DNA of 64,000 nucleotides from an uncultured Lachnospiraceae bacterium (GCA_964564225.1 CAZMAF010000001.1:12980-76979); one strand, 5' to 3'; positions 46,186 through 56,180 are shown, numbered from the stretch's first letter. Made by a program: numbers and translations. The notes: a model not told the origin generated them from the letters alone.

Positions 46186-47451
46186 ATGAAATTGTTGTTT
46201 CAGAACGCGATGTTACTCGATCGTCGCATTGTGTATCTTGCAACTGAGGATAAAAAAATAGCGTATATCGGTGAAGACCGTCCAAGCGGTCATTTTGAAC
46301 GTGTGATCGACTGCCGCGGTAACCTTCTTATGAGCGGTTTTTATAATACGCACTGTCATGCGGCAATGACGCTCTTTCGCGGCTACGGTGAGGATATGTC
46401 GCTTCGTGAGTGGCTGGATACCCGCATTCTGCCTGCTGAAGACCGTCTTGACAACGATAAAGTCAAGTACGGCTCGCTGATGGCGATCGCCGAAATGCTG
46501 GCAAGCGGCATCGTATCCTTTTCCGATATGTATTTCTTTTGCGATAAGACTGCCGAGGCGGTGTTGGAGTCGGGTATTAAGGCAAATCTTTCCCGCTCGC
46601 TCGTTTCTTTTGAGGAGGGAATGACGGCAAGGAATGATTCTCGCTTTTTAGAGGGTGTTTCGCTTGCGAAAACCTATCATAATGCTGATGACGGCAGAAT
46701 CAAGATTGATATGTCGATCCACGCTGAGTATTCAAATGTCGAAAGTTATATCCGCGACGTGTCGGCGTACACCGCTGAAAACGGTTATATGATGCAGCTG
46801 CACCTTTCGGAAACTGAAAACGAGCATAATGAATGTATTGCCCGCCGTGGCAAGACGCCAACCGAGTTTTTCCGCGATTGCGGCACGTTCTCAGCACCCA
46901 CGACCTGCGCGCACGGTGTATGGCTGACCGAGAGCGATATGGATATTCTTGCCGCGCATAAGGCGACGGTATCGCATAATCCTTGCAGTAATTTAAAGTT
47001 GGGAAGCGGTATTGCGCGCGTAAAAACGATGACCGAGCGCGGTGTGAACGTTGCGCTTGGCACGGACGGCGCGGCATCGAACAATTCGCTCGATTTTTTC
47101 CGCGAAATGTACGTGGCGTCCCTGATTGCCAAGGGCTCGGCTAAAGACCCTACGGCAGGAAAGGCAAAGGATATTCTGGAGATCGCAACCGCTAATGGTG
47201 CGTTTGCACAAAGACGGCTCGACTGCGGAAAGCTTGAAGTCGGTTATCGCGCCGATCTTGTGCTTCTTTCGCTGGACGAGATTAATACCACGCCGACTTA
47301 CGATCCCATTTATACGGTGCTTTATGCCGCAAAATCGGCGAACGTGAAAATGACGGTGGCAGACGGACGTATTCTCTACGAAAATGGCGCATATACCACG
47401 CTGGATATTGAAAAGATCAAGGATAATTTCAAACGGGTTTGTGATTATTAA
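46186..47451 (+). CDS. Amidohydrolase, MTA/SAH deaminase-like
   Basis: 421 aa. HCH metal motif (NTHCHAAMTLFRG) and GTDG. Confidence 0.8.
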   Translation: MKLLFQNAMLLDRRIVYLATEDKKIAYIGEDRPSGHFERVIDCRGNLLMSGFYNTHCHAAMTLFRGYGEDMSLREWLDTRILPAEDRLDNDKVKYGSLMAIAEMLASGIVSFSDMYFFCDKTAEAVLESGIKANLSRSLVSFEEGMTARNDSRFLEGVSLAKTYHNADDGRIKIDMSIHAEYSNVESYIRDVSAYTAENGYMMQLHLSETENEHNECIARRGKTPTEFFRDCGTFSAPTTCAHGVWLTESDMDILAAHKATVSHNPCSNLKLGSGIARVKTMTERGVNVALGTDGAASNNSLDFFREMYVASLIAKGSAKDPTAGKAKDILEIATANGAFAQRRLDCGKLEVGYRADLVLLSLDEINTTPTYDPIYTVLYAAKSANVKMTVADGRILYENGAYTTLDIEKIKDNFKRVCDY

Positions 47452-47498
47452 GCCGTTTGGCATTTGCCTTCGGCATCAGAAGGCGAGGGTGATCGGTT

Positions 47499-49061
47499 TT
47501 GGTGAAAAAGAGTGCTGACGGCGTTGTCAAGGGCGCTTTGTTTTTGACGGCGGCGGGACTTTTTGTTAAAGTTATCGGTATGATTTATAAAATTCCTCTG
47601 ACCAATCGGTTGGGGGATGACGGTATGGGTTATTTTAATGCGGCGTATACCGTCTACACCTTCTTTTTTGTTTTGTCAAGCTCGGGACTACCCACGGCGC
47701 TTTCGCTGTCGGTGGCAAAGGATCTTGCGGGCGAGTCACAAAATCGGGCGTATGCACGTTTTTTGATGATGAAGCGTTTTTCCTTTATTCTCGGTATCTC
47801 GCTTTTTTTGCTCCTTTTTCTTTTGGCAAAGCCGTTTGCTCTCATGCTCGGCTCTCGTGACGCTTATCTTTCGCTTCTTGCCGTTTCTCCGTCTTTGTGG
47901 TTTGTAACTGCCGCCTCGGTGTATCGTGGCTACCATCAGGGCAGGGGAAATATGCTTCCGAGCGCTTTGTCGCAGATGATCGAGGCGTTTGGAAAGCTTT
48001 TTTTCGGTCTTTTTTTTCTGGGGCTTGCCGCATCCTACGGCTTTACCAAGGACAAAATGGCGGCGTATGCGATTTTAGGGCTTTCCTTTGCAACCTTTTT
48101 GACCTATCTTTTTCTGTCGCTTTTTTGCCGCGAGAAAAGAAGTGCGGTATTGCTTTCGCGCGATGAAAGGCGGTATCTTACGCTTGATACGCTGAAAACG
48201 GCAACGCCGATCACGCTGTCGGCACTTGCGGCGACGCTTGTGACTACGCTCGATCTTTTGCTTCTGATGCGCGCATTGCAGAGGGTGGGATACAGTCCTG
48301 ATGCCGCCAATGCGGCGTGGGGCAATTATTCTTCTCTCGTTTTGCCGCTTTTTCACATGCCTCAGATTTTGATTACGCCGATTGCTGCTTCTGCCTTGCC
48401 TGCGCTTCGCCGCGCGATTGCAAAAGGGGAAAAGGAGCGCGCGCATTCGCTTGTTTCGGGCGCTTTGGTGATTACGGCGCTTGTATCGGTGCTGTCCGCG
48501 CTCGGACTTTCGCTTTTTTCACGCGATGCGTTATTACTTATTTATACCGATTCTGCTGCTATTTCGCGTGCTTATCCGCATCTTGCCTTAGTTGCCATTG
48601 CCATTTTCCCCTTTGGCATTATGACGGTTTCGGCAGCATTTTTGCAGGCTCACGGAAAGCTCTGGCTGCCGACGGTATCGCTTCTTGTCGGCGCTCTTTT
48701 AAAGCTTTTATTTACTCTTTTGGGTGTTTCTTTTCTTGGGGAAGCGGTATCGCCTTTTGGCACGCTGCTTTCCTATGCCGTGTCGGCGGCGATCAATCTT
48801 GCAGCTCTTGCGAAATGTTCGGATCGGAAGCTTCTTTCGCGGATTGTGCTCTTACCTTTTTCGATTTCGACGATTTCGGTTGGTGTGGGATATTTCGCGA
48901 AGCATTATTTCGATAGCTATATTGTCGACTTTCGCATTGCTACACTTCTTGCGATCTTTCTTTCGGGTGCGCTTGCCCTCGTTCTGATCGCAGTCTCCGG
49001 CATTTTACGATCAAAAGAATTTGTTGAATTTTTTAAAAAGGAAAATAAATCCATATCATAA
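47499..49061 (+). CDS. MOP-superfamily flippase (YabM/SpoVB/MurJ-like polysaccharide biosynthesis protein)
   Basis: 520 aa with about 14 TM helices. It sits upstream of mazG-yabO-yabP-yabQ-divIC, as in Bacillus. Confidence 0.8.
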   Translation: MVKKSADGVVKGALFLTAAGLFVKVIGMIYKIPLTNRLGDDGMGYFNAAYTVYTFFFVLSSSGLPTALSLSVAKDLAGESQNRAYARFLMMKRFSFILGISLFLLLFLLAKPFALMLGSRDAYLSLLAVSPSLWFVTAASVYRGYHQGRGNMLPSALSQMIEAFGKLFFGLFFLGLAASYGFTKDKMAAYAILGLSFATFLTYLFLSLFCREKRSAVLLSRDERRYLTLDTLKTATPITLSALAATLVTTLDLLLLMRALQRVGYSPDAANAAWGNYSSLVLPLFHMPQILITPIAASALPALRRAIAKGEKERAHSLVSGALVITALVSVLSALGLSLFSRDALLLIYTDSAAISRAYPHLALVAIAIFPFGIMTVSAAFLQAHGKLWLPTVSLLVGALLKLLFTLLGVSFLGEAVSPFGTLLSYAVSAAINLAALAKCSDRKLLSRIVLLPFSISTISVGVGYFAKHYFDSYIVDFRIATLLAIFLSGALALVLIAVSGILRSKEFVEFFKKENKSIS

Positions 49062-49075
49062 TGAAAATATAAAGG

Positions 49076-49738
49076 ATGATGGTTATGAACGAACAGGCAA
49101 AACGCTTAAAAAATAAGGAAAAATACACAGTGGACGATCTTGTTGATATTATGGCACTTCTTCGTGCCGAGGACGGATGCCCTTGGGACAGAGAGCAAAC
49201 ACATGAGTCGATTCGTTCGAATTTTATTGAGGAAACCTACGAAGTTATTGAGGCAATCGATACGGAAAATGCGTCGCTTCTTCGTGAGGAGCTTGGTGAC
49301 GTGCTTTTGCAGGTTGTTTTTCATGCGCGTATTTCGGAGGAAGCGGGTGATTTTACCTTTGACGACGTGGCTGATGAGGTTTGTCGCAAGCTCGTGGTGC
49401 GCCATCCTCATATTTTCGCTGACGTAGAGGCGGATACCACCGATAAGGTTTTAACAAATTGGGATAAGATCAAGGCGGAAACCAAAAAACAGAAGACGGT
49501 ATCTGATACCTTAAACTCGGTGTCGCGCAGTCTGCCTTCGCTGATGCGCGCGACAAAAATTGCAAAAAAAGCGGCAAAAGCGGGCTATGGGAAGCCGTTC
49601 GACGTTGTGGTAGGCGATCTTTTATTCGATATTGCCACCCTTTGTAATGAGAACGGTATTGATCCCGAAAAGGCGCTTTACGATGCTTGTGATCGCCGTA
49701 TTCTTGAAGTAACGGAAGAGGAAAATAATGAGAATTGA
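49076..49738 (+). CDS. mazG: MazG nucleoside triphosphate pyrophosphohydrolase
   Basis: EEGCPWDREQTHESI..EExYEV and ELGDVLLQV motifs. The start could instead be ATG 49085. Confidence 0.85.
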   Translation: MMVMNEQAKRLKNKEKYTVDDLVDIMALLRAEDGCPWDREQTHESIRSNFIEETYEVIEAIDTENASLLREELGDVLLQVVFHARISEEAGDFTFDDVADEVCRKLVVRHPHIFADVEADTTDKVLTNWDKIKAETKKQKTVSDTLNSVSRSLPSLMRATKIAKKAAKAGYGKPFDVVVGDLLFDIATLCNENGIDPEKALYDACDRRILEVTEEENNEN

Positions 49739-49976
49739 TAAATATCTGAAGGTGTCGCGCCTGATCAAGCGTAGAACGGTGGCATCGGATGCTTGCGACG
49801 GCGAGCATATTTACGTTAACGGCAAGCTTGTCAAGCCGAGTTACAGAGTCAGGATCGGGGATGAGATTGAGATCCGTTTCGGTCAGCGCACGCTGGTGGT
49901 ACGGGTGCTTTCGACTGTCGAGCATATCGGCAAAGCGGAGGCATCGTCGATGTTTGAGGTCATTTCGCAGTCCTAA
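49728..49976 (+). CDS. S4-domain RNA-binding protein (YabO/Hsp15-like)
   Basis: 82 aa. MRIDKYLKVSRLIKRR is an S4 signature. Confidence 0.8.
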   Translation: MRIDKYLKVSRLIKRRTVASDACDGEHIYVNGKLVKPSYRVRIGDEIEIRFGQRTLVVRVLSTVEHIGKAEASSMFEVISQS

Positions 49977-50018
49977 GCATAAAATCACTCTGCCTTTGCA
50001 TAGAATAGGCTAAAACCT

Positions 50019-50309
50019 ATGGCAAAGGAGAGGCGTATGGCAGAAGGAAAAAATTTCAGAAATGAGCTTACGATGGTGGGACGGCAGACGCTTTCGCTCG
50101 ACGGAGTTCACGATATTTTAGCATTTGATACGAATTTCGCGCTCTTATCGACAGAGCTTGGCGTTCTTACCGTCGAGGGTGAGGCGTTACATATTGAAAA
50201 GACAGACGTTGCAAGCGGCGTACTTGTGTTGAACGGTCGGATTGATTCGCTTTTATACTCGGATGATCAGCCTTCGCGCAAAAAGGGTTTGTTCGGGCGC
50301 AAGGGATGA
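50019..50309 (+). CDS. yabP: Sporulation protein YabP
   Basis: 96 aa, YabP/YqfC family, at the conserved position. Confidence 0.8.
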   Translation: MAKERRMAEGKNFRNELTMVGRQTLSLDGVHDILAFDTNFALLSTELGVLTVEGEALHIEKTDVASGVLVLNGRIDSLLYSDDQPSRKKGLFGRKG

Positions 50310-50662
50310 AGCTCTATCTTTCCCAAAAAGCGCTTCTTTGCCTGTTTTCAGGCGGATTTCTTGTGGGCGTTCTGGCATCTCTTATCTATATTTTGAGTGA
50401 GCTTTTCTTTTTTCATAAGCCACGTTCGGTATTTGGGCGCGTTTTGCGGCATGTTTTGGTGGCGTTCCGTGATTTTTTGCTCTTTACCGCAGTCGGTGTT
50501 GTGGATGCCATTCTGTTTTTTGTCTATCATAGCGGAAGGGTACGGGCGACGGTTTTCGTTTTGAATATGCTTGGCTTTGGTTTGGGGTATTATCTGTTTT
50601 TTCGCCCGATCTTTCGTTTTTTGCGACAGTGGATCGGTAAGCGTTTTTGGGAAAAGAAGTGA
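50306..50662 (+). CDS. yabQ: Spore cortex biosynthesis protein YabQ-like
   Basis: 118 aa membrane protein. It overlaps the yabP stop and is in the conserved position. Confidence 0.65.
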   Translation: MKLYLSQKALLCLFSGGFLVGVLASLIYILSELFFFHKPRSVFGRVLRHVLVAFRDFLLFTAVGVVDAILFFVYHSGRVRATVFVLNMLGFGLGYYLFFRPIFRFLRQWIGKRFWEKK

Positions 50663-50671
50663 GGACGTTAT

Positions 50672-50959
50672 ATGAAGAAAAAGATTTGGTTTTTGATTAT
50701 CATTACTGTGGTCGTTCTTGTGGCGATCGTGACGGTCATTTCCACGCAGATCGCGCTTTCCAAGGAAAAGGAGCGCATTCGGGAGCTTGAAATCTTGCGT
50801 GATCAGCTTCTTCTTGAAAACGAGCGCTTGACACATGATCTGAATGAAGATATTACCGACGCTTATATTGTCAGAATGATGCGAAAGCTTGGGTATTATT
50901 TTCCCGGTGAGAAACAACTTACCTTCGTGGACACGCCGACAACCGAGGAAAAAGAATAG
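50672..50959 (+). CDS. Septum formation initiator (DivIC/FtsB family)
   Basis: 95 aa. One TM helix followed by a coiled coil (ELEILRDQLLLENERL). Confidence 0.7.
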   Translation: MKKKIWFLIIITVVVLVAIVTVISTQIALSKEKERIRELEILRDQLLLENERLTHDLNEDITDAYIVRMMRKLGYYFPGEKQLTFVDTPTTEEKE

Positions 50960-50980
50960 GTTCAAGCGTTTTTGGTCAGT

Positions 50981-51016
50981 AAAAAACTGTCTTCAAAAAA
51001 TGAAGACAGTTTTTTG
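50981..51016. terminator. Bidirectional terminator
   Basis: AAAAACTGTCTTCA-aaaaa-TGAAGACAGTTTTTT. Confidence 0.85.
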
Positions 51017-51018
51017 TT

Positions 51019-51735
51019 TTACGTTTTTCCTTTCAGTGTAATGAGCAAAAGCTCGGTGGGATTGAAAATGCGGGGGATAAAGGTGTGGTTGCCGATGCCT
51101 CGGCTGACGATGAGGTGGCGTGCATTCTCGGTATACAGTCCTGACGTGTAGCGCGGGAAAATGCCTTGTCCCGGCGCGTAGGCGGCAAGCTTTCCAAGTC
51201 GCCACTGACCGCCGTGTGCGTGTCCCGATACGGTGAGGTTGATGTTTTTATCGCGGATATAGTCCTTGAAATATTCGGGATGGTGCGCGATGAGAATTTT
51301 GTATCCGTCAAGGGCGGTGAAGTTTTCCAAAAAGGCAAGATCGGGGGCAGGTGTTTGGGAAAAATGCGGAATGTGTCCAAAGCCAGACTTCAGTCCGCCA
51401 ATGCGGATGGCATCCAAAGCGGCATCGTCGTTTTCAAGCAGTAAAACACCCGTGTCTTTGATGAGCTTGCGGTCGGTATCGGTAAACAGCTCGTGATTCC
51501 CCGTGGCATAATAGGTGGGGGCAAGCTCGGACAATCTGACAAGCAGCGCGAGCATTGCGGGATGTTCTGACATTTTGCCGTCGACGAAGTCGCCGGCGAT
51601 GAGAATGAAATCGGGGGCAAGGTTTGTTGCTTTTTGAAGGAAATCTTTTGGAATCTTCGAGTGCATATCGGCGATGAGCAGTACGCGGTAGGATTTTTCA
51701 AGTGGGGTTTCTAGGAAGATATTGGTGATCTTCAT
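51019..51735 (-). CDS. Metallophosphoesterase
   Basis: Motifs DMH, GDFVDG, GNHE and GHAHGGQ. The ATG at 51735 follows an AAGGAA RBS. Confidence 0.85.
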   Translation of the reverse strand: MKITNIFLETPLEKSYRVLLIADMHSKIPKDFLQKATNLAPDFILIAGDFVDGKMSEHPAMLALLVRLSELAPTYYATGNHELFTDTDRKLIKDTGVLLLENDDAALDAIRIGGLKSGFGHIPHFSQTPAPDLAFLENFTALDGYKILIAHHPEYFKDYIRDKNINLTVSGHAHGGQWRLGKLAAYAPGQGIFPRYTSGLYTENARHLIVSRGIGNHTFIPRIFNPTELLLITLKGKT

Positions 51736-51867
51736 GGTGTTTCCTTTCACATTTCTTCCTTTATATTATAGAGGGCTTTTTGGAAAATGTCAAGGGGCGT
51801 CTGTTTGGGAAAATGCTGTTAGAAACAAAAAACTTGACAAGTTTTTTTAAAAAATTAAAAATTCTTC

Positions 51868-51896
51868 TTGACAAATTCTTTTTGCTGTGCTATAAT
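51868..51896 (+). promoter_or_regulatory. Promoter of the T-box operon
   Basis: TTGACA-17 nt-TATAAT. Confidence 0.75.
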
Positions 51897-51902
51897 GCCC
51901 CT

Positions 51903-52165
51903 TGTAAACGCAATGATGAAGGTCATGCAGGGTCAAAAGTCACTTTCAGAGAGCCGACGGATGCTGTGAGTCGGTAGGGGCTGACAATGCAAGCTCGCCT
52001 TCGTAGCGGAGCTTTTGAAATAGCAGTAAAAGGCTACGGTTTGCCCCGTTATCACGGCATAGGACTTATTTTGAGTCCGATCAGAGTGGTCATTTATGGC
52101 AATTCGGGTGGTACCGACGATATTTATCGTCCCCGAAGCGAAAGCTTCGGGGACGTTTTATTTTG
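51903..52165 (+). promoter_or_regulatory. T-box leader (probable Leu, CUC specifier) with terminator
   Basis: GA motif AAUGAUGAAGG, CAGAGAG bulge, and distal loop GGAUGCUGUGA. The T-box sequence AAUUCGGGUGGUACCG is at 52101-52116. The terminator CGUCCCCGAAGC/GCUUCGGGGACG plus a U run is at 52128-52159. The candidate specifier CUC is at 51994-51996, from a manual fold. Confidence 0.85.
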
Positions 52166-52183
52166 ATTGTATAGGAGAATTAT

Positions 52184-53575
52184 ATGAAACAGATTCGCAT
52201 CACTGATACGACTTTTTCTCAGGTAAAAGGACTTACCTTTAAAGAAAAGCTTTTTTTTATTCGTTCGCTTGCCGCGCTTAAAGTAGACGCGATCGCGCTT
52301 GGCGCTCTCAGTGCATCGGGCGAGGATAAGCTTTTTATTAAGACGGTTGCCCCTTTTGTACAGAACGTGACGGTCGTTGCTTCTGCGGGCAAGACCGAAG
52401 AGGAGGCTCGCGGCGCATGGGAAGCGCTCCTTCCTCTTGAAAACAAGCGTCTTGCCGTGGCTTTTCCCGTATCGGTCGTTCAGATGGAGTATTTTTGCAA
52501 GGCAAAGCCTGCACAGGTGCTTGATATGATCGCCGCACAGATCGCTTTTGCGGCATCTCTCGGCGCGAGCGTTGAGTTCGTTGCTCTCGATGCGACGAGA
52601 AGTGAGGAAGCCTTCCTGAAACAAGCGATGGCGGTTGCTGAAAAAGCGGGCGCTACTTATTTCACTTTATGCGACAGCGAGGGCGTAATGACTCCTATGG
52701 AATTTACCGAATTCCTTTCACGCTTCGTTTCTGAAAATCCCGAAATCGCAGTGTATCCGATTGACATTGCGGTATCCAACGAGCTTTCGATGGCATGTGC
52801 CAATGCTACTGCCGCTCTTTGCGGTGAAGCGGGCGGCGTTAAGACCACGATGATCGGCGGTCATACCGTTAGTCTTGATGCTTTGGTACGCACGGTTGCT
52901 TTGCGCGGCACAGATCTTTCGCTTTCGATGGCGATTGATTCGACGGGCGTGCACCGAGCCGTTTCTTCGATGCCTTGGCTGAACGGCGAAAAACGCGAGA
53001 GCGCGGCAACGGCAGTGGAAGCCAAGCAGAATGAAGATGATATTTTATTGAGCCGCGGTACGTCGATCTCGCAGATCGGTGAAGTGATTTCGCATCTCGG
53101 GTACGTTTTGACCGATGATGACGTTGCTAAGGTGTACGAGGCGTTTGAAAGGCTTGCTGAGAAAAAATCGGTCAGCGGCAAGGAGCTTGAAACCATCATT
53201 GCCGACGTTGCCGACGAAGTACCGCCTACTTACGTGCTTCGTTCCTACATCGTGAACAGCGGCGACCGCATTTCTCCCATGGCGCAGGTTGAGATCGAAA
53301 AAGACGGTGAGATCCGTCACGGTGTTGCTATTGGCGACGGTCCGATCGACGCGGCTTTCCTTGCAGTTGAGCGCGTGATCGGTACGCATTACGAGCTTGA
53401 CGATTTCCGCATTGCTTCTGTTACAAGAGGGCAGGAGGCAATGGGCGAAGCTCTTGTTCGTTTGCGCTCGAACGGCAGAGTTTATTCAGGTACGGGCGCA
53501 TCGACCGATATTATCGGTGCTTCCTTAAAGGCTTACGTTACGGCACTGAACAAGATTGTTTTTGAAGAACGCTAA
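52184..53575 (+). CDS. 2-isopropylmalate/citramalate synthase paralog with degenerate active site and intact LeuA-dimer regulatory domain
   Basis: 463 aa. Where the family has DTTLRDGEQ it reads DTTFSQVKG, and where it has HxHxD it reads AVSNE. The C-terminal domain is well conserved (GDGPIDAAF, GASTDIIGASLKAY). Confidence 0.8.
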   Translation: MKQIRITDTTFSQVKGLTFKEKLFFIRSLAALKVDAIALGALSASGEDKLFIKTVAPFVQNVTVVASAGKTEEEARGAWEALLPLENKRLAVAFPVSVVQMEYFCKAKPAQVLDMIAAQIAFAASLGASVEFVALDATRSEEAFLKQAMAVAEKAGATYFTLCDSEGVMTPMEFTEFLSRFVSENPEIAVYPIDIAVSNELSMACANATAALCGEAGGVKTTMIGGHTVSLDALVRTVALRGTDLSLSMAIDSTGVHRAVSSMPWLNGEKRESAATAVEAKQNEDDILLSRGTSISQIGEVISHLGYVLTDDDVAKVYEAFERLAEKKSVSGKELETIIADVADEVPPTYVLRSYIVNSGDRISPMAQVEIEKDGEIRHGVAIGDGPIDAAFLAVERVIGTHYELDDFRIASVTRGQEAMGEALVRLRSNGRVYSGTGASTDIIGASLKAYVTALNKIVFEER

Positions 53576-53596
53576 TTAAAAGAAAAGAGATATACT

Positions 53597-56101
53597 ATGA
53601 AGCTTTGTTTTTCGACCGATTATTGGAGCGGTCTTTCCTGGGCAGAATATGTTGCGCTGGCGAAGGATATGCAGTTTTCGGGCATTGAAATACACAATAT
53701 TGATAAAGATGTTTTTAAGGTTGAGGGCGCGATTTTTTCGGGTGAAACGCTGACAGCGTATCGCTCGCTTGCCAATCTCGGTATCGTGATTCCCTGTATT
53801 GATACAGTTTTTAATATGGCTGACGGTAACGCGGTTGAGGATAATCTCAAAATGCTTGCCGACTATATTGCCGCTGCCAAGAGTGTGAGATGTCCTTACA
53901 TCCGTTTGTATGCCAAAGAAACCGACGGTGAATCCTTTGATACGTTGAATGGCGTTGTGATTGAATTTTTAACAAAAGCGCTGGCAATGGCGGAAAAGTC
54001 AGGTATCGTGCTTCTTGTTGAAACGGCAGGCATTTATGCTGATACCTCAAGGCTTGCCGCTATTCTCGGTGTATTTGCTTCCGACTATCTTGGTGCGCTC
54101 TGGGATATTTCGCATCCTTACCGTCTGTACAGTGAAGAACCCGAGAAGACGGTTGAAAATCTTGGCGCGTATATTAAGCACGTGCATATTAAAGATATGA
54201 AGGGCACGAAGGATCAGGTCACCTACTGCCTGATGGGCGAGGGCGAGCTGCCCGTGGAGCGTTTTATCAACGCGCTTCGCTCGGTTATTTTTGACGGTTA
54301 TCTGTCGTTTGAATGGAATCCCGAGTGGGAGGCGGAGCTTGCTGATCCGGAAATTGTTTTCCCGCATTTTGTAACCTATATGGAGCGTTTTGAGGAAAAG
54401 AAGCACCGCGACGTTGCGATGTATCAAAATCGCGCGGGTACGGGACGCTTCATTTGGCCGAAATATTCGCTTATAAATGAAACCTTTGGCTCATTGCTTG
54501 ACAAGATTGTGGATCATTTTCCCGATCAGCTTGCATTTCGTTATACCACACTCGACTACACGAGAACTTACGCGGAATTTCGTGACGACGTTGACGAGTT
54601 TGCGCGCGCGCTGATTGCAATCGGTGTTCGTCCCGGCTCGCATGTTACCGTCTGGGCGACTAACGTCCCCGCGTGGTATATCGCTTTCTGGGCAACCACC
54701 AAGATCGGTGCGGCGCTCGTAACGATGAATACCGCTTATAAGGTTCATGAGGCGGAATATCTGCTTCGTCAGTCTGATACGCACACGCTCATTCTCGTTG
54801 ACGGTTGGCGTGATTCCGACTATGTCGGTATCATTAAGGAGCTTTGTCCCGAGCTTGAAAGTATGAAGTCGGGTGAGAGTCTGCACGCCAAGCGATTGCC
54901 TTTCCTTCGTAACGTGATTACGGTTGACTCCCGTCAAAAAGGCTGTCTGACATGGGAGGATGCGCTTGAGAGAGGTAAGAGTGTTCCTATGGACGAGGTT
55001 AAGCGTCTTGCTTCGCTTGTTAAACCCGACGATGTTTGCAATATGCAGTATACTTCGGGTACGACGGGTTTCCCGAAGGGCGTTATGCTGACGCACTATA
55101 ACGTTATCAATAACGGTAAATGTATCGGTGATAAGATGGATCTTTCGACGGCTGACCGTATGATGATCCAGGTGCCGATGTTCCATTGTTTCGGCATGGT
55201 ACTTTCGATGACGTCTTCGATGACACACGGCGCGACCATTTATCCTCTTCCGTATTTTTCCCCGAAGCCTGCGCTTTCCTGCATCCACCGCGAGCATATC
55301 ACCTGTTTCAACGGTGTTCCGACGATGTTTATTGCGATGCTTCATCACGAGGATTTTGAGAAGACTGATTTTTCGCATATTCGCACAGGCATTATGGCGG
55401 GCGCAAACTGTCCTGCCGATTTGATGCGCGAGGCGATTGATAAGATGAATATGACCGAGATCGTGTCGGTTTACGGACAAACCGAGGCTTCTCCCGGCTG
55501 TACGATGAGTTTTGTTGAGGATTCGGTGGAAGTGAGAACCGAAACGGTTGGTTCGGCATTTCCGAACGTGGAATGTAAGATCATTGATCCCGAAACGGGT
55601 GAAGACCTGCCCGACGGTGCAAACGGTGAGTTTGTGGCGCGCGGTTACAACGTCATGAAGGGCTATTATAAGATGCCTCTTGCGACAGCGGCGGCTATTG
55701 ACAAAGACGGTTGGCTTCATACGGGTGATATCGCCTGCCGTGATGCCGACGGTAATTATCGCATTACCGGCAGACTTAAGGATATGATCATCCGTGGCGG
55801 TGAGAATATTTATCCGAGAGAGATCGAGGAGTTCATTCTGACATCACCCAAGGTCAAGGACGTTCAGGTTATCGGTGTTCCTGATAAGCGTTACGGTGAG
55901 GAAATTATGGCTTGCATTATTCTGAACGAAGGCGAGAGCATGACCGAGGAAGATGTAAAGGCTTACGTTACTTCTCATATGGCACGGCATAAAGTACCGC
56001 GCTATATTGAATTTGTGAAAGAATTTCCGATGAATGCGGCGGGTAAGATTTTAAAATATAAGATGCGTGAAAACGCGATCGAAAAATATAAGTTAGGTTA
56101 A
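53597..56101 (+). CDS. Fusion protein: xylose-isomerase-like TIM barrel (AP_endonuc_2) + AMP-forming acyl-CoA ligase (ACSF2/YngI-like)
   Basis: 834 aa. The N-terminal ~275 aa carry TIM-barrel motifs (GIEIH, LLVET, HVHIKD, SFEW). The C-terminal ~545 aa carry YTSGTTGFPKGV, PMFHCFG, TGD and RGGENIYP. Confidence 0.85.
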   Translation: MKLCFSTDYWSGLSWAEYVALAKDMQFSGIEIHNIDKDVFKVEGAIFSGETLTAYRSLANLGIVIPCIDTVFNMADGNAVEDNLKMLADYIAAAKSVRCPYIRLYAKETDGESFDTLNGVVIEFLTKALAMAEKSGIVLLVETAGIYADTSRLAAILGVFASDYLGALWDISHPYRLYSEEPEKTVENLGAYIKHVHIKDMKGTKDQVTYCLMGEGELPVERFINALRSVIFDGYLSFEWNPEWEAELADPEIVFPHFVTYMERFEEKKHRDVAMYQNRAGTGRFIWPKYSLINETFGSLLDKIVDHFPDQLAFRYTTLDYTRTYAEFRDDVDEFARALIAIGVRPGSHVTVWATNVPAWYIAFWATTKIGAALVTMNTAYKVHEAEYLLRQSDTHTLILVDGWRDSDYVGIIKELCPELESMKSGESLHAKRLPFLRNVITVDSRQKGCLTWEDALERGKSVPMDEVKRLASLVKPDDVCNMQYTSGTTGFPKGVMLTHYNVINNGKCIGDKMDLSTADRMMIQVPMFHCFGMVLSMTSSMTHGATIYPLPYFSPKPALSCIHREHITCFNGVPTMFIAMLHHEDFEKTDFSHIRTGIMAGANCPADLMREAIDKMNMTEIVSVYGQTEASPGCTMSFVEDSVEVRTETVGSAFPNVECKIIDPETGEDLPDGANGEFVARGYNVMKGYYKMPLATAAAIDKDGWLHTGDIACRDADGNYRITGRLKDMIIRGGENIYPREIEEFILTSPKVKDVQVIGVPDKRYGEEIMACIILNEGESMTEEDVKAYVTSHMARHKVPRYIEFVKEFPMNAAGKILKYKMRENAIEKYKLG

Positions 56102-56132
56102 CTGCCATCATAGCGACAAAGAATTTCAAAAG

Positions 56133-56168
56133 AAAAAATCCATCACGATGTTCGTGATGGATTTTTTT
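56133..56168. terminator. Bidirectional terminator
   Basis: AAAAAATCCATCACG-atgtt-CGTGATGGATTTTTTT. Confidence 0.85.
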
Positions 56169-56180
56169 GTTTCAGTTTGT

